From NCBI RefSeq assembly GCF_001194135.2, contig NC_068981.1, positions 199,017,087 to 199,081,086 of the forward strand: a stretch of DNA of 64,000 bases, written 5' to 3'. Below the pieces are notes generated by a model. That model was not told the origin of the DNA. It worked only from the letters and a program-made list of their open reading frames with translations, and did no database searches. Source of the stretch: Octopus bimaculoides. Its lineage: Eukaryota. Shown one piece after another: positions 38,998-50,569 of the stretch (the stretch's first letter is position 1; every line of letters starts with the position of its first letter). The translations under genes and the position numbers were made by a program.

Positions 38998-40994
38998 CTA
39001 AATTTCCTCCTTTAACAACTTAGCATTTTTCCCATCAAGTGGAAACCGTTGTTCTACTAATTTGTAAAATCAATAAATAGATAAAATTTTGGATTCTTGT
39101 CAATGTATCTTCATCTTGTATCCATTGAGAAGTATTACTAAATATTTTCATTTAGATATGTCTGTATGATGTGTGGAATTTGAAACCTGTGTATATAGTT
39201 ACAAGTAGTTGTTTGTAAATATATTTCCTGCAGGGATGCTTCAACAGGGTCAGTATCCCTATTTTAATGCTTACAACTTCAACCTCTTCCTTGCACACCT
39301 CTGTCTCCTCTTTCTGCCTCTTCCATTGCTGTTACAGCAGTCTCTGTTCTTTGGAACTGGTCGATCATCGTAGCCACTCTAAACTCACTTGTCTCAGTGA
39401 TTTCACTGATCGTTAGCAGAAAAATGTTTGCTTTTGTAAATGTTATTAGATGAGTTTCTTAATTAGCATTCTAAGCAGCATTACTGATACACTTCTGCAT
39501 AATCTACAGAAAGCACGTATTTCTTAAACAAGGTACACACACTTCCCAAATAGACAGTCTACAGATGTTCTAAATCAAGTCTACAACATAATTTCAGTCC
39601 TTGATTCTACTAATTCTATTTTAATTATGTTGCTTTTTCTTAACAGAAAAACACATGGTATCAGCGTTCCCTGGTCTCTTTTCTCCTCCTTTTCATCTCC
39701 ATGACATCATCAAAAAGTCATTTCAGTGGTTATTAACTACAATTAAATCTCACTTCAAATTTATAAAAACTATTTCTAAATTTCAGGTGCCTTTGTATCA
39801 TCTTCATTGTTAATTCATTCCATTGTCTTCACTCTGTTGTTACTATTAACTGTCTTCTACTTCATTTTAACTGTTGATTTGAACAGTCTTACAAAGTAGA
39901 CTCCCTCTAGCTGACTTTGAAACCTCCTAGATTGGTTATGTCTGGCAAATAGTCACAGGAGATAATTTTGTCTTAGACTTTTTGCTAATCAGATATTACA
40001 TATCAACTTAATTACTTTGGTCATAACTAAGTTTCTGACAACACTCAGTCAACTTCTTATCTGTTTACTGGTACAACTGTTTGTACTATTCAAAAGAAAA
40101 CCTAGGCCTCAAAATACACACCTACATGGTATGTACACACGTGTGTGTGTGTGTGTGTGTGTGAACATGTAAACAGGAGCAAGGACAATATACATTTTTC
40201 TCTGTAATACATTTTGCTTCTCGCACACAACCACATGAAAATCTGAAATGTCACAATGAATTGGTGGGGGGGGGGGGTTAGTGTGACTTGAGAGGTTTAA
40301 TGCTAGATAATATGAAGGGAATTATTTGAAGGGAGTTGAATGAAGAATATGATATTAATTCATGGAATTATGAAAACAAAGAGAAAAAAGGGTGGAAACT
40401 AATGCCCCCATCTATTACCGCAGAAGGGGCAACCATTGCTGCTTTGATTCTCTTCGATCTTCCATTTGATGTTGGTTGTTTAATTCATAATGTTCTCAAA
40501 ATTGCTATTTTCTTTTCTCTTTTTTCCTCTCAAATGTATTTCCATTTGCAGTGTTTGAGAGGAGAAATAAAGCAAATTAACTGGCAGACCAAAGAAAACA
40601 AAACCATATTGATAATAAATTAATATCTAAATAAGACAAAAATGAGAAAGTTGAAAGAAAACTAAAATGTTTGCACCAGCAATTTTTTACATTGACAGTC
40701 TAAGATTAGTTCAGTGCTGAGTCTGCAATAAATTGGCTAAAAGAATAGTTCTAATGACTTTCTATATTTACATAGAACTTTAGAGGCAAAAGGAAATGAA
40801 CAGAAAATACCAGAAATTCTCAAAAACAAAATAGACCCTCTACTTTATTAATCTCTTGGCATTTCCTTCAAGAGTGATATCTTAATCTCAGAGCTATGAT
40901 TATGGTTCTTTATTGTCATCATCATCATCAATCATTATTGCATGAGTTCAGCAAAACATCAATAATATAACAAACATTTCATCACTTGTTGCAG

Positions 40995-41830
40995 TCTTTT
41001 GTCATCATCAGATCTTCATATCCCGAAACCAGTCCCCACTTCTTCTTCCCAAGTCTTCTTTCACTTTCCTCTCCCATACGTTCTTTTCATAGATTACTTA
41101 TCATTTCCTTACTCGACAGACGTTTACAGACAATCTCCTCTTTTACATATGACAGCTGAGTCTTCTCGTATCCAGTTTTTCTCCCTCATTATTTATCCTT
41201 CGTTGTTCATTCGTGTTAACATTACACGTCCAGTAAAGCGTACCTCTCTCGTCTCTTTCTTCTACCTTCCTCTATCTTTTCCATTCAATACTTATATTTC
41301 TCTGAACTTTTACCCCATTCTCCATTTTAGTGATGTCTTCAGAAACCCTTCTCTGCTGCTATTTTGGTCATTTACATAATAGAAGCCATCAACCACTTCA
41401 ATAGGAGAACCTTCTGAACATTTGGAAGAATTCATTTCACTTGTGTTCTTACAGACAACAATTCTTCTTCCTCCGCCTGCTTCTAACCCCCTGCACCCTT
41501 GTGTACCCTTGAACCGTCCAACCCATGCCAGCATGGAAAACGGACGTTAAACAATGATGCTATAGAATTCCTTTCAACTGTTTTTCTGCATCTTTAAGTT
41601 TACTTTCATTTCTGTCAATTCTACGTTTTGCTTTCCATGTTTGGAATTTTTTTTTTTTTGTTTTCCTCTAAGTCTTCGACATACAGCTCTGAGAACTAAG
41701 TCATTAGCATGTAGAAGTTCCCATGGGCAGCAGATCTTAAGCTCTTCTGATATGACCCTGAAGACTTTAATAAACAGGAGGGGGCTGAAAGCTGAAACTT
41801 GGGCACCTACCTTCATGTTTACCAATTCTC
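40995..41830 (-). mobile_element. RTE LINE fragments (RT and C-terminal pieces), with a small plus-strand 3' fragment at about 41480-41560
   Basis: Minus translations FSPLLFIKVFRVISEELKICCPWELLHANDL (cf. LLYADDL) and GSPIEVVDGFYY. (TGA)n tail near 41000. Confidence 0.8.
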
Positions 41831-42059
41831 ATCTCTCTGATAATATCTCTGTATATAGCTTTCACGACTCTCATTATTTCTTCAGTTCAAGTGTGACATC
41901 CTGTGCCTGGTGGATAAATGCTAATTATTGGGGATGCCTGAGATTGCACTCCAGACTTTGCTTTAATTTATGCAAGTTGCACTCAAATCTCAACCAGAGA
42001 TGTCAAGGGGCAACAGGGTTTTGCATCTAAAGGTGCAAACAGGTAAGGTGTCATGCAAT

Positions 42060-43900
42060 TGAAAACACTGAAGTCTGGGGTGGGGGGGGGGAAGATAAAA
42101 TAAGGTTGCATTTACATGGAGAGGAATTTACATAGACCTTGTGATGTAGCCATGAGGATAATCTTTTGTAATTTGCTTCTTTTGGGACTGCCAGGGATTT
42201 GGTCTCCATATTTGTTTGCTCCTTTTGATATAATTCCAAGTACTCCAATAATAATAGATAATGTTTTGGCTTTGAAATGCCACATTCTTCTTATTTCAAT
42301 TTCTCGGTCCTTATGTTTGCTCAGTTTCTCAAATGTTTTCCAAGATGTGTTTTTGTCAGCTGGGCTGGGACTGCAACCATTAATAGACAAGTCTTTTCAA
42401 CACGATTGATATCTGGTCAGTTAGCCTGGCTTTCTCAATCAGAACCCTGAAATTCCAAAGGGAGCTAAGCCTTGGCTGGCTTGTGCTGGCTTGTGTTTCC
42501 ATCTGTTATTTTTACGAGGGAAGTTGTCTGTGCAGCATATTGACCTGTGTCTGTACTGAGGTTTTCCTGTCCTGCCTTTCCAAGTATTCTGTTGATGCCA
42601 GTCAGCTGGACCCAGAGATTATGTGCTTGATTATCTTTGGATGTTCTTCACATACATGGCATCGTGCTTTCATATTTTAGGACATTACTCTGGTAATTCC
42701 TAATTGGAAGGGACTGGTCCTCAGGAGCAATGACATACCCCTCAATTTCTGGGTTTGAAACCAGAGCATGTCAGCCACTGATGATCTACATCAGGGTCCC
42801 TGGCTCTTCTCAGCTATTTGCCATGCTCTGGCTTTTGCTCTCATTTCTCCTTCATATATTGGAGGCTGGTTTCTTTTATATTTGTTTTGCCTTGTTGGTT
42901 GAGGTGACATTTTCTTTGGCTGCTTGTTCATCTAGTTATATTTTTTGAAGATATATTTTTCCATTTTATGTCACTGAGTTTAACTTTTTAATATCCTCAT
43001 GTTTCGGAACCAGCTTTAACATCCGGTCATTTGTTTGTTGCCGGTGGGCAGACAGTCCCATGGTTGCAGTCTTCAATGAGAGTTGAGATTGTGTTAACCA
43101 CCTTCTTTTTTCGGGAGGTATATTTCGTCTGTCTGCTTTGGGCTGATGCATACAATGCAGTTACATCAGCTTTGGGATTTTGACATCAACTTCATTAATC
43201 TCAGAGAGGGACTAGCTTATAACATGGAAAGCATATGTCATTACAGGTACAGCCAGTATATTTATGGCCTCAATTTTGTTTCTGACATTCAACTTGGTTT
43301 CCAGAAGAGTTCTTACTCTCTGATGGTAATCCTTCCTTATCTTTTGTATCCTCAATGAATGTTTAATCCCATCTCCTTCACATATTCTTAGATACTTAAG
43401 ACTGCCCTCAGGTTCTAATTCTTCTATCTTGGTGTCTCTATCTAAGGGGATGCTGTATGTATTTGATATTTTTCTCTTGACAAGTAACCCTGGTATATTT
43501 GTCCAACCCAAGTTCCAGTTTGATATCATCAATAAATTGTTAGTCATCCATATAGAGGAGATGGTTATTTTCCCCTTCACCTTGTATCCATAATTTGTCA
43601 TAATTTGTTTCATTCATGAGTATACTTTGAGGAATCCGTGCTAAGCAGAATAACAAAAGAGGTAATGATTCTCCTTGAAGCAGTCCACAATTAATATTGA
43701 CTTGTCCAACATTCATACATTTATACATTCAAACATCTCCTTTATCCAGCTGCAAGAAAGATTATCAAAGGCCTTCTTGGAGTCTGTTCCAGGCCACTGA
43801 AAGAGGTTTTTTCCTGTTGTAATAAACTCCATTTTGTTTACAGTTTTTTTCTTCATTTTGGAAGATGTTGGTTAATGAGGGAAGCACATGCGTATTCCAT
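42060..43900 (-). mobile_element. Decayed R4/Dong-like RLE non-LTR retrotransposon (RT to 3' end)
   Basis: CGLLQGESLPLLLFCLA, NHLLYMDD, KYLRICEGDGI, NKIEAINILAVPVMTYAF, HQPKADRR, EIEIRRMWHFK..IIIGVLG. Confidence 0.85.
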
Positions 43901-44099
43901 TTGGACAGATTTAAGGTACTTGTACATTGTTATAAGGTGTGTTAGAGGTCTGTAATTCTTAGAGTTTTTATTGTTTTGTCTTTTTTAGCGGGTAAAAAAA
44001 AGTGATACCGTTAGCCAGCTATTCCAAAGTCGTTTACAGTTCCTTTGTAATTACATTGTAACAAGAAGTTAACTTTTTGTGTATGTTGCATTTGGAATC

Positions 44100-44470
44100 A
44101 ATATTCTTGATACTGGGCCACAACTAGTTTCCTTTAGCAACCCAGGACCTTTTAAACAATTCTGGTTGTTCCTAATAGAGCATATTTCTGTATTAATGCA
44201 GCTCTCATAGTTCCACCAATCTCAATTAGGAAACCACCATGTCCATTGGTAATGCTATCTAAATGGTATCTAGGACACCTATAACCCTTCAGGCTTCACA
44301 TTTCCCTTGCCAAGTTCTGGTATTTTCTTATTTCTCTTGTTCTTTAATTGCTCCATTCATATTAGCAGACACAGTCACATCTATCATGATGCACTCTTTT
44401 GCCATCATGTCCAGAATGATAGTATCTGGTCAACTTTCTTGAATTTCCTGGTCAGTCTGTATGGTTGTAA
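44100..44470 (-). mobile_element. Second R4/Dong-like 3' fragment (RLE domain)
   Basis: QTDQEIQES.PDTIILDMMAK..IDVTV..N.....EQEKIRKYQNL, a PD-(D/E)xK-type RLE. Confidence 0.65.
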
Positions 44471-44985
44471 ACTGAGGCCTGACTGACCCCTGTCTAACTA
44501 TTAAATTCTTTGATAAACTTATTGTTACCTCTCACCTTCCTAACGGCTCCTCTGTTTCAAACAGAAGAAACCTTTCAACATTGAGTTCTTGATGAAGTGT
44601 GGGTGCAAAGCTGATTGACATCTGTAGGAGGCTACAGTTGTTTTTTGTTTTACGATGGTGACACTATTCACATGTACAATATGGTTTCTATACTGCCCTC
44701 TCCAAAGCCATTCATCTAATCTTAGATTTCTTACTGATCACCACATTACAGTGTTGGGAATCCTCAAAAGCCTTCTTCAGGTCAACAATTCCTTATTATA
44801 GGGGTTTGCTCCGAGCTAATTCCTTCTCCTATATTTATCTCACTTTATTTTTCTTTCAGAAGTTGTTTCTTTTTCTTTCTTCTTTAATTGCTTCTGTCTT
44901 GTGTGCTTTTACTCTTGCAGTCGTTGAGGATGATACTAATGTGCAGCATATAATACATAACCTACAAATATATATATATGTATAT

Positions 44986-45029
<44 letters not shown>

Positions 45030-45049
45030 GGGTAACCATGTACCTCCTC

Positions 45050-45305
45050 TACACGACACCTCTTTCTGTCTCTGTCACACTCTAACCTTTCATCATCTGG
45101 CATGAGATCACCTCCAATTCTGCCTCTCCTCTCAAAGGGTCTTTGTCTTGTGAGTTATTTGGTGACCCTGCCAGTGCTGGTGCCATGTAAAAAGCATCCA
45201 GTTCGCACTGCAAAGTGGTTGTCATTTGGAAGGGCATCCAGCTGTAAAAAATCATGCCAAACCCATGCCAGCATGGAAAAACACATTAAAAGCTGATGAT
45301 GAAAT
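45050..45305 (+). mobile_element. RTE 3' UTR fragment followed by (TG)n
   Basis: GGTGACCCTGCCAGTGCTGGTGCC...GGAAGGGCATCCAGCTGTAAA...CCCATGCCAGCATGG. Confidence 0.8.
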
Positions 45306-45313
45306 ACATATAA

Positions 45314-45372
<59 letters not shown>

Positions 45373-45689
45373 CATATATATATATATATATGATGATGAT
45401 GTACCTATATGTATATATAAATGTATACACCTGTGTATATGTATATACCCACCCACGTACATTAATAAACAGCATAAAAATCCATTACTTTTTATTACTT
45501 TTTACTCATCATGTCTGCATAGCATCAACCACACAAGTCTGCACTAACGAAATAATCCAGTTTGCAAAAATCTAATTATATATGCTTGCAGTAAAAAACA
45601 CCTGGCAATCAGTTTCTGCTAGTCATTATGATAAGATTATTCTTATCATCATCATCATCATCATCAAGTCTAGCTTGTTCAAATACTGG

Positions 45690-48100
45690 TATCCTACCCA
45701 ACAACTGCTGTAGTAGCATGAGGATCAGCTGTTACAAAGGCAAAAGAGATGCCTTAAATGAAGTATTTACACAGGGGTCAAATTGCTGGACCATGTCAGG
45801 AAAGTTAGACAAACACTTATAACTCAATTACTGTAAAGACCTATGTGATTTGCGCACCTGTGTAATTTACGCAGGCGATTTCCAGGATAAAATTTGTTAA
45901 AAAAAGCTTTTACTCATGTAAAATTTGCACCTAAAAGTTTTCAGAATTGCTGATAGAGCCAAGGGGAAAAAGGTTTTCAATTTAGTTGTATTTAACATAA
46001 TTTCACTTACTTATGATTAGATTTTATTAAATTTTCATTAAGTAAAAATAATTACTGTTTAACAGGTATCACATTGAAAGCTATTAAATTACAAAGTGTT
46101 TGTCTTGTTTATAGTAAACTTTATTTTACATTTCTTGCCCACAAGAGATTTTAGCATACTGCTGTACGTCTTCTCAAATCACAATCACAGGGAAAGTTGT
46201 TAATAAGAATTATTAATAAGATAAATATGCACAGGTATTGCAAATTAAGTTTAATTACTAATAAACATCAGCTTGGATGACGCTTTACTCAACCGACTGA
46301 GGAAGGTGACCGATCAAACTGATTATGTAAACAGAATCCTTTTCTGCCCACTCTTGATGGAACCTTCAATACGGAATATCGAAATTTGAATCCCTTTCAC
46401 ACGTATAAAATGTCAATCAAACTTAAAGATTTGTCATTACTGTTATTGTCAGTATGGGCAGAACTTATGAATTGTTTACTGCGAAGGAGAAATTAAATAT
46501 GTGCTCCATTGTGATAGGTAGAAACTCCAACCACTGTAAAATATGGCCTGGACTGTGTTTACCAGCGTAAACGTCAGACTTCAAAAACCAGTTAACCATT
46601 TAATGATTTCAGTAAATTTATACAGAAAAAGTAAGCATTATACCATTCAGCATAAATAAAAGTCAACTTCATTATGCATATTTAAGCCATTATTTTTTCT
46701 GTAAAAACCTATTCTGACATTAAATGAGTTAACTTCCAGTACAACTTTTTACGTTTTATATGTCATTTTTCAACAAAAAAATTCAGAAGAAATTCTGGAA
46801 ACAATCCATTCATGCAATTCATGCCCCCTCTAAAGTCTATTTTTGTGAAAAAAAGGTGTGTAAATTACATGGGTTTTTATGGTACTTTGAAGAGAGTCTA
46901 GAAGAGATGCTGTTTGGTTTTATACTTGGGAGAATCACTACTGATATTATCTTCCTATTAAGGCAACTGCAGAAGTATTTTGTTAGAAATAAGCCAGTTG
47001 GCATTTTGTTGACAAGGAGAAAGTCTTTAACAGGCTCCCTTGCTCACTAATCTGGTGGTTGCAGCAGAATCTAAGGGTAGACTCATGGCTGGTGAGAGCT
47101 GTCCAAGCCAGGCACAGGGTTGCTATCAGTAAGATAAGAATTCATAATGAGTGTATTGTTAATTATAAACTTTATTTTACGTTTCTTGCCCACAAGAGAT
47201 TATGTCTGATCTTTCGCAGACGGCTGTACGTCTTCACAAACCACGATCACAGGAAAAGTTGTTAAGAATTACCAACAAAAACAAAACTGATAAATACACA
47301 CACGTATTGCAAATTATGTTTAATTACCAGTGCTCAGTTCTCATTCACCTCTTATTCTTCATAGTGTTCCTGGCCATAACAGAGGAGTTTAAGACTAGCT
47401 GCCCATGGGATTTCCTCTGGCCTTGTTCATGTAGCTTAATTTGTTGTAGAAATTCCTGGTATGGAAGCAAAACCTGGAATTAAAGGGCCTTAAAGTTAAT
47501 TTAGCAAAGATCAAAGTTCTTGTTAGCAGGAAAACAGATAGGACCAGATTCCCTTCAATAAAATGGACCTGCTTGATACAAGGAAAAGGTTTTGGTAGAA
47601 ACTCTTTACGATGAACCCAGAGCAAACAGTGGACTCATAAGAGGTGCAGGGGAGTCACAAAATGATTAACAGAGAAAGTAGACTTTGTCTGTGACAGATG
47701 TGCCCAAGAAATAGATTGACCCCAAATGCCCAGGAAGATTCTTAGAAGATGTAGATTGTTTGTTACCTAGGTAACCTAATTATGAGAAGATGCTCTGAAA
47801 GCACAATCACAAGAATCAGAACCCTCTGGAGAAAATCCAAAGAGCTTCTATTTCTTTCGTTAATGAAAGGCTTCTCTCTCAGAGCAAAAGACAAATTGTA
47901 TAATGCCTGTGTACAAACAGTAATGCTACATGACAGTGAGACATGGGTCTTGAATGTAGAGGACATGCAAAGACCAAAGAAGAAAAAAAAGCAAGATGTA
48001 CAGCATCAGTGAAAATCTACAAAAAAGTGCAAATGTTTTGAGAGAAAAATTGGCCCTAAGGGGCATCAGATGTAGTGTGCAAGAGGGAAGAGTGTGCTTG
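45690..48100 (+). mobile_element. Decayed RTE LINE RT region, interrupted by a DNA transposon (45829-46884) and a ~170-bp foreign piece (about 47160-47330)
   Basis: ISCYKGKRDAL..GVKLLDHVRKV..ITQL | SLEEMLFGFILGRITTDIIFLLRQLQK, ITEEFKTSCPW, FSLRAKDKLYNACVQTVMLHDSETWVL. Confidence 0.85.
45829..46884. mobile_element. Non-autonomous Tc1/mariner-type DNA transposon with 30-bp TIRs (including TA target dinucleotide)
   Basis: Left TACTGTAAAGACCTATGTGATTTGCGCACC (45829-58). Reverse complement of right end TACCATAAAAACCCATGTAATTTACACACC (46855-84). 23/30 identical, all differences transitions. Confidence 0.85.
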
Positions 48101-48199
48101 GAGGGTCAACTTTTCCACATTGTCACATAGGCATTTATTGACAAATTCAAGTACATCAATTTATTATTGGTATCAATGTGAATTTCTAATCTAAATATA

Positions 48200-49390
48200 A
48201 GAGCTGGAGGTTTCAGAGCTGTTGTGCATTGCTATATTCTGTCTCTTTGATTTTCAAAGAGATATTCACATCAGCAGAGAAGCTGGCCTCTGTGACAGTA
48301 CATACTTTCTTTTGTCTGTCACAAACAACAATAACAGAAATTTTGATGGTAATGTTCCACCGATATTCGGTGTGTTGATGTTTTTGTATGTAATCAATAA
48401 CAGGGATTCTATGCATTTATTCCAAGACAATCACTTTATACTGTTTCAGCAACAACATTGTGTCACGTACAGAGGTAGTATCTTGATGACAATTTGAGGC
48501 AGATGCTTATCACAAATGTGATGTCCTCCACATAAATGTGGCATAATCGATTGGTTTCATTCTGTGGTTCCAATGGCTTCACTGCATCTTGTTCCTCAAG
48601 TATTTTGTAGCAATCTCCTGTTCTTGGATTGCAAACACATAGCCTTCAAAGTGTGATCTGATGTAGTGGTCATGAGTCCAAGAGAGGCTGCACTTCACGT
48701 TGATATTACTGTCTTCTTCAAGTCTTCATAAAACATATTTATGGTACGTTAGTCCAGATGTTTTGGGGTTGTATGGGAGCTCAAGAAGAGAGAACTTCCC
48801 AAGGTGCTCACTACTGACATCTAGGACATTGTTCTCTTTGCTTTACAGCATTAAGTCTATGCATATATTTTTGTTGTTGTTAAGGAAGTGTTGTTTGTGT
48901 GAGACTAAATGACATTCAAAAGCTGTCTGCACTGATATCAAGTTTCTACCTCATTCATCCCTTCTTCAGTAGAACCTTTCAATATTACTATTTCTCTGGA
49001 AGCTTCCAGATGATGTTATTATCTTGCAGATTTCAACATCTATGAAGTGAATCTCTTTTATACAGACCAGTGCATATGTGTGGCTGCAACTGCATGTTGG
49101 AGATTGTTTTTGAAGCAGTCTTAGTGTTCATTGCCCTGGTCTACTTACTGCCTACGAAATCTCTCTTCCCTGTTAACATGCCTAGCAGCCTACTATGCCT
49201 CTTGTGTCTGTTTTGTTTACATTGAACACGTATTATAGATTTTCTCCCAACTCTGTTTCTGCAAATGGAGGATTATTATTTCCCTGATGAACATCCTGGA
49301 AAAAATCCATCAAGCTGCTCCTGAAAAAAGGAAACAAAAATCATCAAATTTAGCTTGACCATCCTATACATTGCTCAGTATCTCTTTTAT
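48200..49390 (-). mobile_element. Decayed R4/Dong-like LINE fragment
   Basis: Minus-strand SHFEGYVFAIQEQEIATKYLRNK at about 48590-48660, typical of the R4 pre-zinc-knuckle region. Confidence 0.65.
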
Positions 49391-50569
49391 TTAAGGGTGT
49401 ACTTTGTGGAGGTTTGGTCTGCTATTTTCTGCAGAATGGGTAACTGACTCACTGTGTGTGTTTACTAAAGCCTAATATGTCTGATGGTAAGCGTTTGGTT
49501 TTAAAAAGACAATGGCATCTTTTTTCTGTTACTGATGGAAATAGAGATTCCAGATTTAAAAAAAAAAAGTATGAAATGATGTAAACAACAAATCTCTTGT
49601 TTTCACATTTTACTTTGCAATCAGTTTTTTTCACTCTTCATTATTCAATATACTTCATTTGGTCTACTCTAGTAAAATATTCTTAATTTACTGACAGTAA
49701 AATATATATTACTATAAATTTAGCCATCATTCACAGTGTCAAAGTAGCTGTGTTAGGGCTGAAAATCTAAATGGTTATGTTTCAATCCCAGGTTTTGGCA
49801 TGTTGATAAGATTCTATTTTGCTTTTGAAATTATTACTTATTGAAACTCATCGAGTTTAACTTAGGGAAGATGTGTTAGGAGACATTTTAGTCACACGTT
49901 TTTTCTTATATATAATAATCATAATTATAATGAGATATTTCCTTGCTCCCTTACATGGAAAACTATTGGGACAATCCAATCTACATATCACCTGATATAC
50001 ATACATGTGTGTATGTACACTCATATGCACACACATGTATGTTTATTATACACATTCATACACATAATAAAGCTATATTTGAACTAAACATTCCTGCATA
50101 CACAGGGAAAATTCTGGTGAACATCCAGCTCAAACAACTGCAAGAACTATCAGACTAAAATCTCTATAAACACCAGTATGGAATCCATAGGTTTAAGACC
50201 ACCAGTGACATGGTTTTGCCATGCAGCAAATTCAGTAAAAAGACAATCAAACAATGAATTGTTAGTGAAGCAGATTTGGCCAGTTTTGAAACACTGCACT
50301 CAGATTCCAAGTTTAGACCTACAGTGACATAAAACACAATCAACTCCTTGAGAGAATGGATCACCTGCATAAATATTCACCAACCAATCAGCAATGGCTG
50401 GAATGCTTCAGTCAACTGAATTTTACTAAATATTTTACTCTACACTCCTCTCCATCAGCAAAAGTTCTATTGTTTCTCTTTTGTTTAATTTCAATATAAA
50501 CCTCACTTTAACATGGATTTTACATTTGCTTTCCAAGTTGCCATGAGTTTTGTATATTGCATCCTCACT

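Noticed and set aside
50300-50312. In-frame TGA as possible selenocysteine
   Set aside because: No selenoprotein motif or identifiable SECIS; ordinary decay is more parsimonious.
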